Positions 35,670 to 45,141 of a DNA stretch of 64,000 bases are shown piece by piece (position 1 is the first letter of the stretch; each line of letters starts with the position of its first letter). A program made the position numbers and the translations under genes. Source of the stretch: Parcubacteria group bacterium (GTDB lineage Bacteria > Patescibacteriota > Patescibacteriia > UBA1558 > GWA2-36-10). The stretch lies in contig PQAE01000006.1 in NCBI GenBank assembly GCA_003104935.1, positions 1,037 to 65,036 of the forward strand, written 5' to 3'. The notes beneath the pieces were generated by a model that was not told the DNA's origin, did no database searches, and was given only the letters and a program-made list of their open reading frames with translations.

Positions 35670-36269
35670 GTGAAGCATCTTCCCGATTACATCCAAAGGA
35701 TAATAGATGACTTTGACAAATTGCCGGGCATCGGTCCCAAGACTGCCAGCCGGCTGGTTTTTAGTTTATTAAACCGTAAAGATGATGTGCAAAGGTTTTC
35801 GGAAAATCTAGCTGAAGCCTATCAGAAAGTAAACTACTGTGAACAGTGCTATAATCTAACCGACAAAAAATTCTGCAGTATTTGTTCTGATCCCCAGCGG
35901 GACCAGACCGTAGTCTGTGTGGTCGGGCACAATCAAGATGTGGACTCTATCGAAAAAACTAACCAATACAATGGCCTCTACCATCTACTCAACGGCTTGC
36001 TTAGTCCCTTAGAAGGTGTCACTCCGGACGATCTCAAGATAAATGAGCTCCTCAAAAGAATTGAAAAAAAAGAACTCAAGGAAATCATCCTGGCGCTGGA
36101 CCAAAGTCTAGAGGGCGAAGCTACCGCTATCTATCTGACTAAAATTTTAAAAAAATACCCGTCTGTTATTGTCAGCCAACTAGCCCGCGGCATACCCATG
36201 GGGGCTAATATTGAATACACCGACGAGGTAACTCTCTCCTCGGCGCTAAAAAATAGAAATAAGTTATAA
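35670..36269 (+). CDS. recR: recombination protein RecR
   Basis: 199 aa; HhH, C4 zinc finger CEQCYNLTDKKFCSICSD, Toprim domain. Confidence 0.85.
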   Translation: MKHLPDYIQRIIDDFDKLPGIGPKTASRLVFSLLNRKDDVQRFSENLAEAYQKVNYCEQCYNLTDKKFCSICSDPQRDQTVVCVVGHNQDVDSIEKTNQYNGLYHLLNGLLSPLEGVTPDDLKINELLKRIEKKELKEIILALDQSLEGEATAIYLTKILKKYPSVIVSQLARGIPMGANIEYTDEVTLSSALKNRNKL

Positions 36270-36302
36270 ATATTCCGTCCGTTGCGGGACAGTAATTAAA
36301 AA

Positions 36303-36337
36303 ACCCCGCCGCGTCTGACGCGGCAGGATTTTTTTAT
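36303..36337. terminator. bidirectional terminator CCCCGCCGCGTC-TGA-CGCGGCAGG + ATTTTTTTAT
   Basis: Between convergent recR (+) and rplU (-). Confidence 0.55.
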
Positions 36338-36651
36338 AATACTATTTTATCAATCTTGACTTCGGCCAACTGTTGGCGGTGGCCATAGCGACGTCTGTAT
36401 CTGACTTTACTCTTGTACTTAAAGACGTCAATTTTTTTGTCTTTATAGTTCCGTACCAAACTGGCCTCAACTTTGGCTCCGGTCACATGTGGTTTACCAA
36501 TAGTCACATTATCATTATCCGCCAGCAACAACACTTCATCAAAAACTACTTTATCGCCGGACTTTTGAGCCATGCTTAATTTCTCCACGCTTAAGATATC
36601 GCCCTGAGAGACTTGATATTGTTTTCCACCGGTCTTAATGATTGCAAACAT
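36334..36651 (-). CDS. rplU: ribosomal protein L21
   Basis: 105 aa; MFAIIKTGGKQYQVSQGDIL conserved L21 N-terminus. Confidence 0.85.
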   Translation of the reverse strand: MFAIIKTGGKQYQVSQGDILSVEKLSMAQKSGDKVVFDEVLLLADNDNVTIGKPHVTGAKVEASLVRNYKDKKIDVFKYKSKVRYRRRYGHRQQLAEVKIDKIVL

Positions 36652-36775
36652 AATTTTTTTCTTATCAATATAACGGGATGTATATTAACAAAAAAAACCA
36701 GAATTGTCAATTATTTAGGTTTTACATAATGTTTAGCCACATAAGTAGTAGCCTTGTTTATTCGACCTTACTGAC

Positions 36776-36804
36776 TTGACAAAAAGTCTAAAATGTGCTA
36801 TGAT
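36776..36804 (+). promoter_or_regulatory. promoter TTGACA-N14-TGc-TATGAT
   Basis: Perfect -35, 17-nt spacer, extended -10. Confidence 0.5.
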
Positions 36805-36871
36805 AGAGAGGTTATCTGTACACAACATTTTGTGCTTTTTTTGGTCCCACCCCCAAAAAGGATGGTCGCAA

Positions 36872-37252
36872 ATGTATACGAAGCTTCTGGCTTTGGCTGC
36901 CGCCGGCTGTGTACTGCTCATCGCTGTGTATATGCGCCACGGTGACCAGCATACGACTGGCAGCTGCTTCGTGGTCACTGATGGCCACAAAGCAGTCAGC
37001 TACGACCCGCGGGCAATGAAGTGCCGAACCGTCTTTTTTGACGCTGTTGGTGAACAGCGACAGATCCGGATCCAGAATCCGGCGCCACGCGATCAGTACC
37101 TGATGGTCTATAGTCAGACCACTGGTGAGAGCCACATCATCCACAATGATGGTGTGCTACTCCATAATCATTACACTATCTCCTGCTATCATCGCGATGG
37201 CAACAAATTTGCCCAAACCAAGCTCAACATCCTCAGAGGAAACGCCATCTGA
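36872..37252 (+). CDS. secreted/lipoprotein-like hypothetical protein, GC-rich cassette gene
   Basis: 127 aa from ATG 36872 (the track ORF begins at the -35 hexamer); signal peptide MYTKLLALAAAGC with lipobox-like AAGC; GC about 55%. Confidence 0.45.
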   Translation: MYTKLLALAAAGCVLLIAVYMRHGDQHTTGSCFVVTDGHKAVSYDPRAMKCRTVFFDAVGEQRQIRIQNPAPRDQYLMVYSQTTGESHIIHNDGVLLHNHYTISCYHRDGNKFAQTKLNILRGNAI

Positions 37253-37257
37253 GGATA

Positions 37258-37300
37258 ATCTAGACCCCCTGCCGAGAACGCTCGTGCGGGGGGTTTAATT
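37258..37300 (+). terminator. intrinsic terminator (CCCCCTGCCGAG-AACG-CTCGTGCGGGGGG + TTTAATTTTT)
   Basis: GC-rich imperfect stem plus T-run directly after the 37252 stop. Confidence 0.5.
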
Positions 37301-37307
37301 TTTATAT

Positions 37308-37336
37308 TGACAAATACTAATATATATGCTATATTA
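37308..37336 (+). promoter_or_regulatory. promoter TTGACA-N14-TGc-TATATT
   Basis: Perfect -35, 17-nt spacer, extended -10. Confidence 0.5.
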
Positions 37337-37340
37337 ACAA

Positions 37341-37379
37341 ATCACCATCTATAGCAACTTTCAGCTATAAAATGGTGAT
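37341..37379 (+). promoter_or_regulatory. 5'-leader stem-loop (ATCACCAT...ATGGTGAT with nested TATAGC/GCTATA)
   Basis: 8-bp outer stem and 6-bp inner stem in the predicted 5'UTR of the 37404 gene. Confidence 0.3.
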
Positions 37380-37403
37380 GTACATCAATATTTCACAGAG
37401 GAG

Positions 37404-38135
37404 ATGAAAATGTGCCTCACTCAGCACCTATTCCTGTCAGCGGCTAAAGTAGCCCCGGTCGGGAAAAATGAGTGGTCTTCGCCAGGAGGCAAAACCAATT
37501 CCGGACACTTCCGCAACCTCAAGGTCAGGGCCGTGCTCTATTTCAAGCCGCGCCTCGACCCCAATGACGGGCAGGAAAAATTTTCCGCCCGTTACGCCCA
37601 GGGACTGGACGGACGCAAGGGCCTGATGGTCTTTTGGCACCGCGATGTGCCCCGGCCGCCGAAACCCAGCCTGCGCATGGTGGAATTCCCCGTCTGGGGA
37701 AAAGCTAGATTCGCTCTGGCCATGCCCACCAAGGAGAAAAGGCAATTGACGGTTCTGATCAGGGATTTGAAACAGCAGCTTCGGGCTGCCGAACACCTCC
37801 CCGACCAGGAAACTACAGTCGACCAGGCGGACATTGTGTCCTTTTCAGTGGTGAAGTTCACCATGAAACAAAAGGGTCCGCAGGACGAATCCAAGCTCAA
37901 AACCGAATTTGGCTTGGGAATCGGATCGGATGGGCAAGGCATAGAAACCTTGCCTGATTGGGACGCTAATCCGCCTATCCGGCCAGGTTGGTGCCTAGTC
38001 AAGATCGGTATCAATCACAACAAGGGGTATGCTCTAGCACGCCCCTATCTGGATCCACAGACCCTCCGAGACGCTATTGCGGATCTGGAGAAGCAACTTC
38101 TGGAACTGGAACAATCGCCCTCTTCTATTAAGTAA
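37404..38135 (+). CDS. hypothetical protein, GC-rich cassette gene
   Basis: 243 aa; GC about 57%; RBS GGAGATGAAA-ATG; no recognised domain; followed by a 12-bp hairpin. Confidence 0.5.
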   Translation: MKMCLTQHLFLSAAKVAPVGKNEWSSPGGKTNSGHFRNLKVRAVLYFKPRLDPNDGQEKFSARYAQGLDGRKGLMVFWHRDVPRPPKPSLRMVEFPVWGKARFALAMPTKEKRQLTVLIRDLKQQLRAAEHLPDQETTVDQADIVSFSVVKFTMKQKGPQDESKLKTEFGLGIGSDGQGIETLPDWDANPPIRPGWCLVKIGINHNKGYALARPYLDPQTLRDAIADLEKQLLELEQSPSSIK

Positions 38136-38185
38136 GCGAGCTACTGATCCGGCAAACTAAATTCTCTCTTCTCTGTCACAATCAA

Positions 38186-38240
38186 AGACCCCTCACTGTA
38201 TTTGACAACAATCAAAATGAGTGAGGGGTCTTCAGTTTCT
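38186..38240. terminator. bidirectional terminator AGACCCCTCACT-N22-AGTGAGGGGTCT
   Basis: 12-bp perfect stem between convergent 37404..38135 (+) and the CDGSH gene (-). Confidence 0.5.
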
Positions 38241-38253
38241 ATAAATAATATTT

Positions 38254-38448
38254 CTATTTTAATTCTTCCCGACTACCATCGTCATGATAGCAATAGGTCA
38301 CACCTTCCTTTTCATCCAGGGTTCTCTTATGCGAGCCATCGCAAAAAGGCTGATTTTTAGAAAGTCCGCACATGCAGATGGAAACATTTTTATCCCCCAT
38401 CTTTAACTCCTGCGGTCCGTGGGCGGTTTTTTTTACTATTCTAGCCAT
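38254..38448 (-). CDS. CDGSH iron-sulfur domain protein
   Basis: 64 aa; CxC...CDGSHK signature (CMCGLSKNQPFCDGSHKRT). Confidence 0.65.
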   Translation of the reverse strand: MARIVKKTAHGPQELKMGDKNVSICMCGLSKNQPFCDGSHKRTLDEKEGVTYCYHDDGSREELK

Positions 38449-38465
38449 GTTCTTTATTTAATAAT

Positions 38466-39509
38466 TTATTTAGCTGATAAATAATCGGCGCATTCAGCGC
38501 TGATCAGCTCCCGCAGATTTTCCGTCACTGCTTTTTTAAATCCCAGCCTGGCTTTGTTGTGCATGGCGTGCAAGGGTCGCAACATGGTAGCCGCTTTGGA
38601 TAGACCCACAGCTTCTTCATCACCGAGCATAGTCAGACGTCCGCGCAAAACAAACGACTTTAGCATAGCTACGATGTCCTTGTCGCTATAATGATCAATA
38701 ATAGTACGAACGGCTTTCTGGACTTCATTCCAGTCGCCGGAGCGACGCAGTTCTTCCAGACCGATGCTCATAGTAAAATCTAGCAGATCAGTGGCTTTTT
38801 TATCAACTTCGGCGGTATTCTTTTCCTGGTTATAGATAATATCGGGAATATTTAAAATCGGCTTATCCAAACTACTACCCTCTGTTTCCCGCCAAATGAT
38901 ATCGCTGGGCAAAACTTCGCCGATTGCACCGTGACTTTCATGAATTTCTCGCACATATCCGGCGGCCTGACCCAAGGCCTGAAAACGGTCAATCTGCTCC
39001 AGCTTTGGATCGCCGATCAGGTCCGAACGGTAAATATCCTGCAATACGGTGCCGGCTTTATAAATATCCTGATCCTTAATCTCTATGCCCCACTCGTGCA
39101 AACCATATTCTTCGTCCAAACCTAGACGCTCAATATTTTCGGCGATCTCTTCGGGAGTGCCACGATATCGTTTCGTGCCCGGTGCTAAAAATCTAAAAAA
39201 TAATTTAGGGTGTCGTCGCAATAATTCCAAAGGCTCTTTGACCGTGTGCTCATCATAAGTCCGCAGGATGGCATCGCCAAATCTGTCCACTTTGGATACA
39301 AAACCGCGCATATCAAAAACCATACACTCCTGATCATCATAATTTATTTTGCCGCCGTAAACGCCTACGGTACTGTCATAACCCAAGGCTTCTCTGGTTG
39401 GTAACCTGGTCTCTTCAACTATGCCCTGGACTTTGGCACGGATATTATCAATAAACCCCTGAGGTTTTTCTTCTTTAGCCGGTACTGTAGGCGCTTGTTC
39501 TAAATTCAT
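38466..39509 (-). CDS. hypothetical protein (weak protein-kinase-like/APH-like resemblance)
   Basis: 347 aa; HESHGAIGEVLPSDIIW resembles an HGDxxxxN catalytic-loop; no confident assignment. Confidence 0.35.
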   Translation of the reverse strand: MNLEQAPTVPAKEEKPQGFIDNIRAKVQGIVEETRLPTREALGYDSTVGVYGGKINYDDQECMVFDMRGFVSKVDRFGDAILRTYDEHTVKEPLELLRRHPKLFFRFLAPGTKRYRGTPEEIAENIERLGLDEEYGLHEWGIEIKDQDIYKAGTVLQDIYRSDLIGDPKLEQIDRFQALGQAAGYVREIHESHGAIGEVLPSDIIWRETEGSSLDKPILNIPDIIYNQEKNTAEVDKKATDLLDFTMSIGLEELRRSGDWNEVQKAVRTIIDHYSDKDIVAMLKSFVLRGRLTMLGDEEAVGLSKAATMLRPLHAMHNKARLGFKKAVTENLRELISAECADYLSAK

Positions 39510-39623
39510 GATTTTTATTTAATAATTTGCTTTAATTATAACATAAAAAAACTCCCGTCAAAACAAGAGCTTGTGAACTACATCCGAGACAATTAAAAAC
39601 AAATCATCCAATGGTTAGCAATT

Positions 39624-40091
39624 TTATCTAACGAACCCACCGTGATAAAGGCATCTGTAAACAACCCTGTTGCCAAATAGAATCTCCTCTTTGCCAGAAA
39701 AATTATCCAATTCCCCATCAGCATAATTATTATAAACCCAACCATCGTCCTTAAATGTCTTTGGGCCTCTTACGGGAATTATATTGTCAGACTCCTGCAT
39801 TAAAGATTTCTTTAAAAAAACATAAACCTGTTTTGGGGCATAAGCGTCATCCAAGATAAACCCGTAATAATTTGCACCCCAAACAGGAACATTATTTTTG
39901 TAAACAACTTCCTCTCCAATAAAATCTTGCTCTCCGAAATATGTATCGTGATATGCCCAGCCGCCCCTTTTATATTCAAAGTCATCTGATTTCAACCGCG
40001 ATGACACAACCTTTTTGCCGTTCGCTGCATAAGTGCACTTATTGGCTATATTCAAAAAATTCGTAAACTCTTTTAAGTTAAATGTTTCCAT
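39624..40091 (-). CDS. hypothetical protein
   Basis: 155 aa from METFNLKEF; the longer track ORF start would overlap tRNA-Glu. Confidence 0.4.
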   Translation of the reverse strand: METFNLKEFTNFLNIANKCTYAANGKKVVSSRLKSDDFEYKRGGWAYHDTYFGEQDFIGEEVVYKNNVPVWGANYYGFILDDAYAPKQVYVFLKKSLMQESDNIIPVRGPKTFKDDGWVYNNYADGELDNFSGKEEILFGNRVVYRCLYHGGFVR

Positions 40092-40127
40092 AGATATTAC
40101 GTAGATACGAGTTGCTCGAAATGAATT

Positions 40128-40202
40128 TGGTGACCCCACCGGGAATCGAACCCGGATTGCCAGGTTGAGAACCTGACGTCCTAACCGTTAGACGATGGGG
40201 CC
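40128..40202 (-). tRNA. tRNA-Glu (anticodon CUC)
   Basis: rc GGCCCCATCGTCTAACGGTTAGGACGTCAGGTTCTCAACCTGGCAATCCGGGTTCGATTCCCGGTGGGGTCACCA; anticodon loop TTCTCAA; T-loop TTCGATT; CCA encoded. Confidence 0.8.
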
Positions 40203-40247
40203 TAAAACGACAGCTATTTCTAACAGATTTTCGGAAAATTGTAAAGC

Positions 40248-41513
40248 CTAGCGTTGCACTTTACCTACCAGGACTTCACTGGCTTCCCAGGGCTTGGCCA
40301 TGATTTCAAACACCATCTGTTCCATCTTGGAACCTCGTGAGCCCTTGACCAAGATCACGTCGCCGGGTTTGACCCGCTCCTGCACAAACTGGCCTGACCG
40401 CACCACAAAAGGAAAATGATAGATCTTGTCCTCATCCATACCGGCCTCACGGGCGCCGCGGGCAATATCGCGTGACCGCTCGCCAAAAACGTAAAGATAG
40501 TCTATGCCCAACTGGGCGGCCAAACGGCCTACTTCCTGATGTCCCTGTTCAGAGTGAGCGCCTAGTTCCAGCATGTCGCCAAAAATGGCAATACGACTGC
40601 CGTTGGCGGGCATATCATGCAAAATCTGCAAAGCGGCTTTAGCCGACTGCGGCGAAGCATTATAAGTATCATCAATAATCCAAGTTTTCTTAATACCGGG
40701 GATAAGATTGGTGCGGCCGCGGGCTGGTACATAATGGCCCAATCGTTCGCCAATGCGCACGATGTTCATCCCCATAGCCAGTCCGACTGCCGCAGCCGCG
40801 GCCGCGGCCTGAGCATGCTGCCACCCTAAAACACCGGGCAAAAACATCGGGGTTTCCGAGCCCTGGCTGCGCAGTTTAAAACTGGTGCCATATTGATCCT
40901 GATGTTGGCTGATTTTGATATTGGTCACTTGGACATCGCTACCCTCGCCTTGACCAAAAGTTTTTGTCCGGCATTTACAATTTTTTATAACTTCCTTCAG
41001 ATTTTCGTCGTCAAAATTAATGATGGCCCAACCGCCAGTGCCCAACTTTTTTAGAATACTGGATTTTTCCCTGATAATGTTTTTGATGCTACCAAAATAC
41101 TCTATATGGCTGGGACCGATGGCGGTGATCACGGCGATGTCGGGCTGGGCAATAGAACTGAGATAATCAATATCGCCGGGCCGGTCGGCGGCCATCTCTA
41201 GTACCAATACGCGCGGATAACGACGGCTTTTAAAAATCAACAGGCCGCAGGCCGATAAAAACAAAAACAACCAGCGGAAAATATTTTTACCGGGATTAGC
41301 TTTAGCCAATAAAATAGTAAGCGGTACCCCGATTTCGTTATTGAAATTTTTGACATTGCGCCGGACTTTGAAATCTTCGCGTAAAACGCAAAAAATGGCC
41401 TCCCTGGCGGAGGTCTTGCCAACCGAACCGGTAATACCGATTATTTTCGGTTTATACCTGGCCAATACCAGCCTGGCCAATATTTTTAATTTAAAATACA
41501 GCAATTTTTTCAT
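40248..41513 (-). CDS. murF: UDP-N-acetylmuramoyl-tripeptide--D-alanyl-D-alanine ligase
   Basis: 421 aa; Mur ligase P-loop GITGSVGKTS; position in the dcw cluster after ftsI. Confidence 0.8.
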   Translation of the reverse strand: MKKLLYFKLKILARLVLARYKPKIIGITGSVGKTSAREAIFCVLREDFKVRRNVKNFNNEIGVPLTILLAKANPGKNIFRWLFLFLSACGLLIFKSRRYPRVLVLEMAADRPGDIDYLSSIAQPDIAVITAIGPSHIEYFGSIKNIIREKSSILKKLGTGGWAIINFDDENLKEVIKNCKCRTKTFGQGEGSDVQVTNIKISQHQDQYGTSFKLRSQGSETPMFLPGVLGWQHAQAAAAAAAVGLAMGMNIVRIGERLGHYVPARGRTNLIPGIKKTWIIDDTYNASPQSAKAALQILHDMPANGSRIAIFGDMLELGAHSEQGHQEVGRLAAQLGIDYLYVFGERSRDIARGAREAGMDEDKIYHFPFVVRSGQFVQERVKPGDVILVKGSRGSKMEQMVFEIMAKPWEASEVLVGKVQR

Positions 41514-41525
41514 AAATATAGCGAT

Positions 41526-43340
41526 TTATCGGCTGGGAGCTATTTGGTAGTATTCTAGCAAATACTTGGCAATATCCGCAAACAGAGGCACGGCCGTAGA
41601 TTCGGCAAAGCGACCGGTCTGGGGATTATCCAGTTTCGTCAGCATTATAAATTTGGCGTTTTCGTGCGGCACAAAACCGATAAAGCTATGGATGGTCTTG
41701 CCGCTATCATAACGTTTGGTTTGGGGATTGGGCACATCAGCCGTGCCGGTTTTACCGGCCAGATAATAGCCGTCGATTTTAGCGGCTTGAGCGTGCCCAT
41801 TGTCGACATTATTCACCATCATAGCCGCCAACTGCGCTGCTGTGCTGGCTTGGATTACTTGCTGTACTACTTCCGGTTGAAATTTTTGCACCTGGCCGTC
41901 CGGCCAATTTATCTGACTGACGATATACGGCCTGAGTAAAGAGCCACGATTGGCAATAACATTAACCGCGGCGATCATCTGTAAGGGTGTAACAGTGATG
42001 CCTTGGCCAAAAGAAGCGGTCGCTTTAAAAATATCGCCTTTTTTGGCCAAGGCACTAATATCCCCGGCACTTTCCTGGCTGATGGTAATTCCAGTAGCTT
42101 TACCAAAGCCAAACTTTTCCATATAATCTTTGAAAATTGTATTGCTGATGTCGGCGGTCGCAAAGACGATACCGGTATTGAGTGAAGAAGCCAACACTTC
42201 TTTCATGTCCACTACGCCATGAGCTTTGAGATCAGCATTTTTTATTATTTCTCCGCCTTTAAACTTTACCTCGCCTTTGTCGTCAAAGGTAGTATTTGGT
42301 GTTACTTTGCCTTGATCGATAGCAATGGCCATAGCAATTACTTTCATTACTGAACCCGGCTCATAGGCGGCATAAACCGCGTTGTTATTGTAAACATCGG
42401 GGCTGTCTACTTTGTTATATTCATTAGGATCAAAAGAAGGATAATTGCACATGGCTCGGATAGCGCCGCTACTAGACTCCATAACTATGATTGTGCCACT
42501 ATCAGCCTGATAGAGCGGCAGAGCCTTAGCCAAGGCCTGGCAGGCGGCATACTGCACGTTGCGATCAATAGTCAGGACTAGATTAGCCCCGTTTTGCCGG
42601 GGACTGACATTTTCCTGATTGATTAAGCGTCCCTTTACGTCCTTTTCTCCCGTCAGACTGCCCTTGGCACCGGAAAGCTCTTGTTCAAAAAAACCCTCTA
42701 GTCCGTAACTGCCCACCCGCGAATATCCGTCTTGGCCATAACCAAAAAATCCCAAAACCTGGGCTCCGTCCTGTTTGTCGGGATAATATCTGAGTACGGT
42801 CTTATTAAAATTCACTCCCATTTCGGCCAAGCTGGTGATCGGCTTGGCGCCAGGATCGCTTTGATTTATATCCGTCCGTAACTGCTCCAAAGCCTGACGC
42901 AATTGTTCTTCTTTTTCCTTAGGAATTTGTTTAGCGATGGTTTCAAAATGCCGATCGGTTTTTTTTAGTTTGGCAAAGATCTCCGCTTTAGCCGTATCAT
43001 CTAAACCCAAGACAGAGGCAAAAATATCCGTTATATTTTGCGGCCGACTGATTTTGGCCGGATCGGCATTGATGTCATAATTAACATTATTAACGGCCAG
43101 AGGATAAAAATCAACGCTGTTATCTCCGGCTAATGCATAGATACTGCCCCGCTCCGGGGACAACTCCTCTACCACGGCCCGCTGGGCCAAGCCGGCCTGT
43201 AATAAATCTTCATGCCTGATAATCTGCAAATAAAACAAGCGACCGACGATAACGATCATGAGGAAAAAAATAACCCCTTGCAGGGCATTTAATCTTCGCG
43301 GAGAAATGGCATCGCCGCTATTGACCAAACCATAGGGCAT
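41526..43340 (-). CDS. ftsI: peptidoglycan D,D-transpeptidase (PBP2/FtsI class B PBP)
   Basis: 604 aa; N-terminal TM, SxxK (SVMK), SxN, KTGT motifs; dcw cluster position. Confidence 0.8.
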   Translation of the reverse strand: MPYGLVNSGDAISPRRLNALQGVIFFLMIVIVGRLFYLQIIRHEDLLQAGLAQRAVVEELSPERGSIYALAGDNSVDFYPLAVNNVNYDINADPAKISRPQNITDIFASVLGLDDTAKAEIFAKLKKTDRHFETIAKQIPKEKEEQLRQALEQLRTDINQSDPGAKPITSLAEMGVNFNKTVLRYYPDKQDGAQVLGFFGYGQDGYSRVGSYGLEGFFEQELSGAKGSLTGEKDVKGRLINQENVSPRQNGANLVLTIDRNVQYAACQALAKALPLYQADSGTIIVMESSSGAIRAMCNYPSFDPNEYNKVDSPDVYNNNAVYAAYEPGSVMKVIAMAIAIDQGKVTPNTTFDDKGEVKFKGGEIIKNADLKAHGVVDMKEVLASSLNTGIVFATADISNTIFKDYMEKFGFGKATGITISQESAGDISALAKKGDIFKATASFGQGITVTPLQMIAAVNVIANRGSLLRPYIVSQINWPDGQVQKFQPEVVQQVIQASTAAQLAAMMVNNVDNGHAQAAKIDGYYLAGKTGTADVPNPQTKRYDSGKTIHSFIGFVPHENAKFIMLTKLDNPQTGRFAESTAVPLFADIAKYLLEYYQIAPSR

Positions 43341-43353
43341 AAAACATAGATGA

Positions 43354-43677
43354 TTAATCTCTTAAAGCCACTGTCTTGTCCGGATTGCCTAAATAAGTTA
43401 TATCTTCGGACTGCACTTTTACCAAATTTAAACGCTTGCTTTCGGTTTCGATGCGTTGAGCAGTCTGGAGCTGGGTGGCTTGAGTATTGAGCAGAAGATA
43501 TTCATCGCTGATAGTCTGCACATCCAAACTGAGTTGGTGGCGCATCAAATTTTGATTGTTGGCGTAGCTGGTGGTCAAAAATAGCGTAATCAGCAAAGAA
43601 AAAACAAACCCGACGGCAAAATAGCGGTTATAACGCTGTAATTTTTTTAAAGTTTTAGCAAGGGTGGCTCTGGGCAT
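43354..43677 (-). CDS. ftsL: FtsL-like cell division protein
   Basis: 107 aa, single TM, coiled-coil, located between rsmH and ftsI. Confidence 0.55.
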   Translation of the reverse strand: MPRATLAKTLKKLQRYNRYFAVGFVFSLLITLFLTTSYANNQNLMRHQLSLDVQTISDEYLLLNTQATQLQTAQRIETESKRLNLVKVQSEDITYLGNPDKTVALRD

Positions 43678-43687
43678 TTTTTTGTTT

Positions 43688-44674
43688 TTATATTTTTTCG
43701 ATCACTCTCAGCTTGGCGCTGCGGCTACGCGGATTAGCTTTGATCTCCGCGGCACCGGGCTGAATTATTTTTTTAATTAGTATTTTTAATTTACTGCGAT
43801 GATTACAGTTACAGATCGGGTTCTGTGGCGGGCAAATACAATCTTTGGCCCCGTCCTTAAAAAAATCTTTGACTATCCGGTCCTCTAGAGAATGGAAGCT
43901 AATGACCGCAAGCCGGCCGCCCGGACGCAGAATCTCCAGAGCCTGCGGTAAAAACTGTTCCAGATTTTCCAGCTCATGATTGACCGCCAGGCGCAAGGCC
44001 TGAAAAACTAAAGTAGCCGGATGGCGACGAAAGCGCGGTAATTCCCGCTCTGGGATATATGAAATCCGGAGTATGGCCGAGACAAACGCAGAAGTTTTGA
44101 GCAATTTTTGTTTTTGTTTGACAAAATCACTGGGCGCCAAGTCTTGTCGCCAGGTCACAAGGCCATGGGACAGGTGCTTAGCATTGGGGATCTCGCCATA
44201 CTTCCGGAACATATTGACTAATTCAGATTCCGACCAAGTGAGGATGATTTCCGAAGCGGTCAACTTTTGACCGGGATCAAAACGCATATCCAAAGGACCC
44301 TGATCGCTAAAGGAAAAACCGCGGTTGGCCCGGTCTAATTGGTCGGAAGACAAACCTAAATCTATGACTATACCGTCAATGTGGGGAAGAGTATTTTTAT
44401 ATTTACTCCAGATTTCTTTTAAATGAACGTAAGACCGTTTGACTATAATTATTCGATCCTTATTCCTGGCCAGCCTCCTTTGACTGGCCACGACAGCATG
44501 GGGATCAATTTCTAGGGCTAACACTTTGCCGCCCGGCTTATTTTTTTTTAATAATTCTTCGCTGTGTCCACCGCCGCCCAACGTGGAGTCAATAAAATTT
44601 TGCCCAGGCCGAGGTTGTAAATAATCAATTACCTCTTTGGTCAGGACCGACTGGTGCTGATAATCAGCAGACAT
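43688..44674 (-). CDS. rsmH: 16S rRNA (cytosine1402-N4)-methyltransferase
   Basis: 328 aa; HQSVLTKEV...DSTLGGGGHSE SAM-binding motif typical of MraW/RsmH. Confidence 0.9.
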   Translation of the reverse strand: MSADYQHQSVLTKEVIDYLQPRPGQNFIDSTLGGGGHSEELLKKNKPGGKVLALEIDPHAVVASQRRLARNKDRIIIVKRSYVHLKEIWSKYKNTLPHIDGIVIDLGLSSDQLDRANRGFSFSDQGPLDMRFDPGQKLTASEIILTWSESELVNMFRKYGEIPNAKHLSHGLVTWRQDLAPSDFVKQKQKLLKTSAFVSAILRISYIPERELPRFRRHPATLVFQALRLAVNHELENLEQFLPQALEILRPGGRLAVISFHSLEDRIVKDFFKDGAKDCICPPQNPICNCNHRSKLKILIKKIIQPGAAEIKANPRSRSAKLRVIEKI

Positions 44675-44676
44675 AA

Positions 44677-45108
44677 TTAAACTCCCAAACCAACCAGACC
44701 TTCGGCAATCTCATTACTGTCTTTTTCGGAAGTACGTTGGTAAAGACTCCATAATTTCTCGTCCCAGACTTCCAAACGATTATACAAACCAGCTACAACT
44801 ACTTTCTTATTCAGACTGGCAAATTCTTTGAGATAATCGGGCAAAATAATCCGTCCCTGGCCGTCCAGGCGACAATCCATAGCTCCAGCCAGCATCAAAC
44901 GGGAAAAAGCACGGGATTTAGCTTGGCTGATCGGCAGAGCCGCTAATTTCTCTACTAATTTACTCCACTCTTTGGCCGTATAAATAAATAAACAACTGTC
45001 TAATCCCTTGGTAATAACTACGCCAGAGCTTAACAGTTTGCGGAATTTGGACGGCAAGGCTAAACGGTTTTTGCTATCCAAGTTGTATTTGTACTCGCCA
45101 ATAAACAT
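44677..45108 (-). CDS. mraZ: transcriptional regulator MraZ
   Basis: 143 aa; two MraZ repeats (LDSKNRLALPSKFR / DGQGRIILPDYLKE). Confidence 0.85.
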   Translation of the reverse strand: MFIGEYKYNLDSKNRLALPSKFRKLLSSGVVITKGLDSCLFIYTAKEWSKLVEKLAALPISQAKSRAFSRLMLAGAMDCRLDGQGRIILPDYLKEFASLNKKVVVAGLYNRLEVWDEKLWSLYQRTSEKDSNEIAEGLVGLGV

Positions 45109-45141
45109 AATGTCCGGCGCCTAGTTTAAGAGTTTAAAAAG

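Noticed and set aside
36776-36871. TTG start at 36776 for the GC-rich gene (track ORF 36776..37252)
   Set aside because: The TTG is part of the -35 hexamer TTGACA of the promoter. ATG at 36872 follows a purine-rich RBS and begins a signal peptide.
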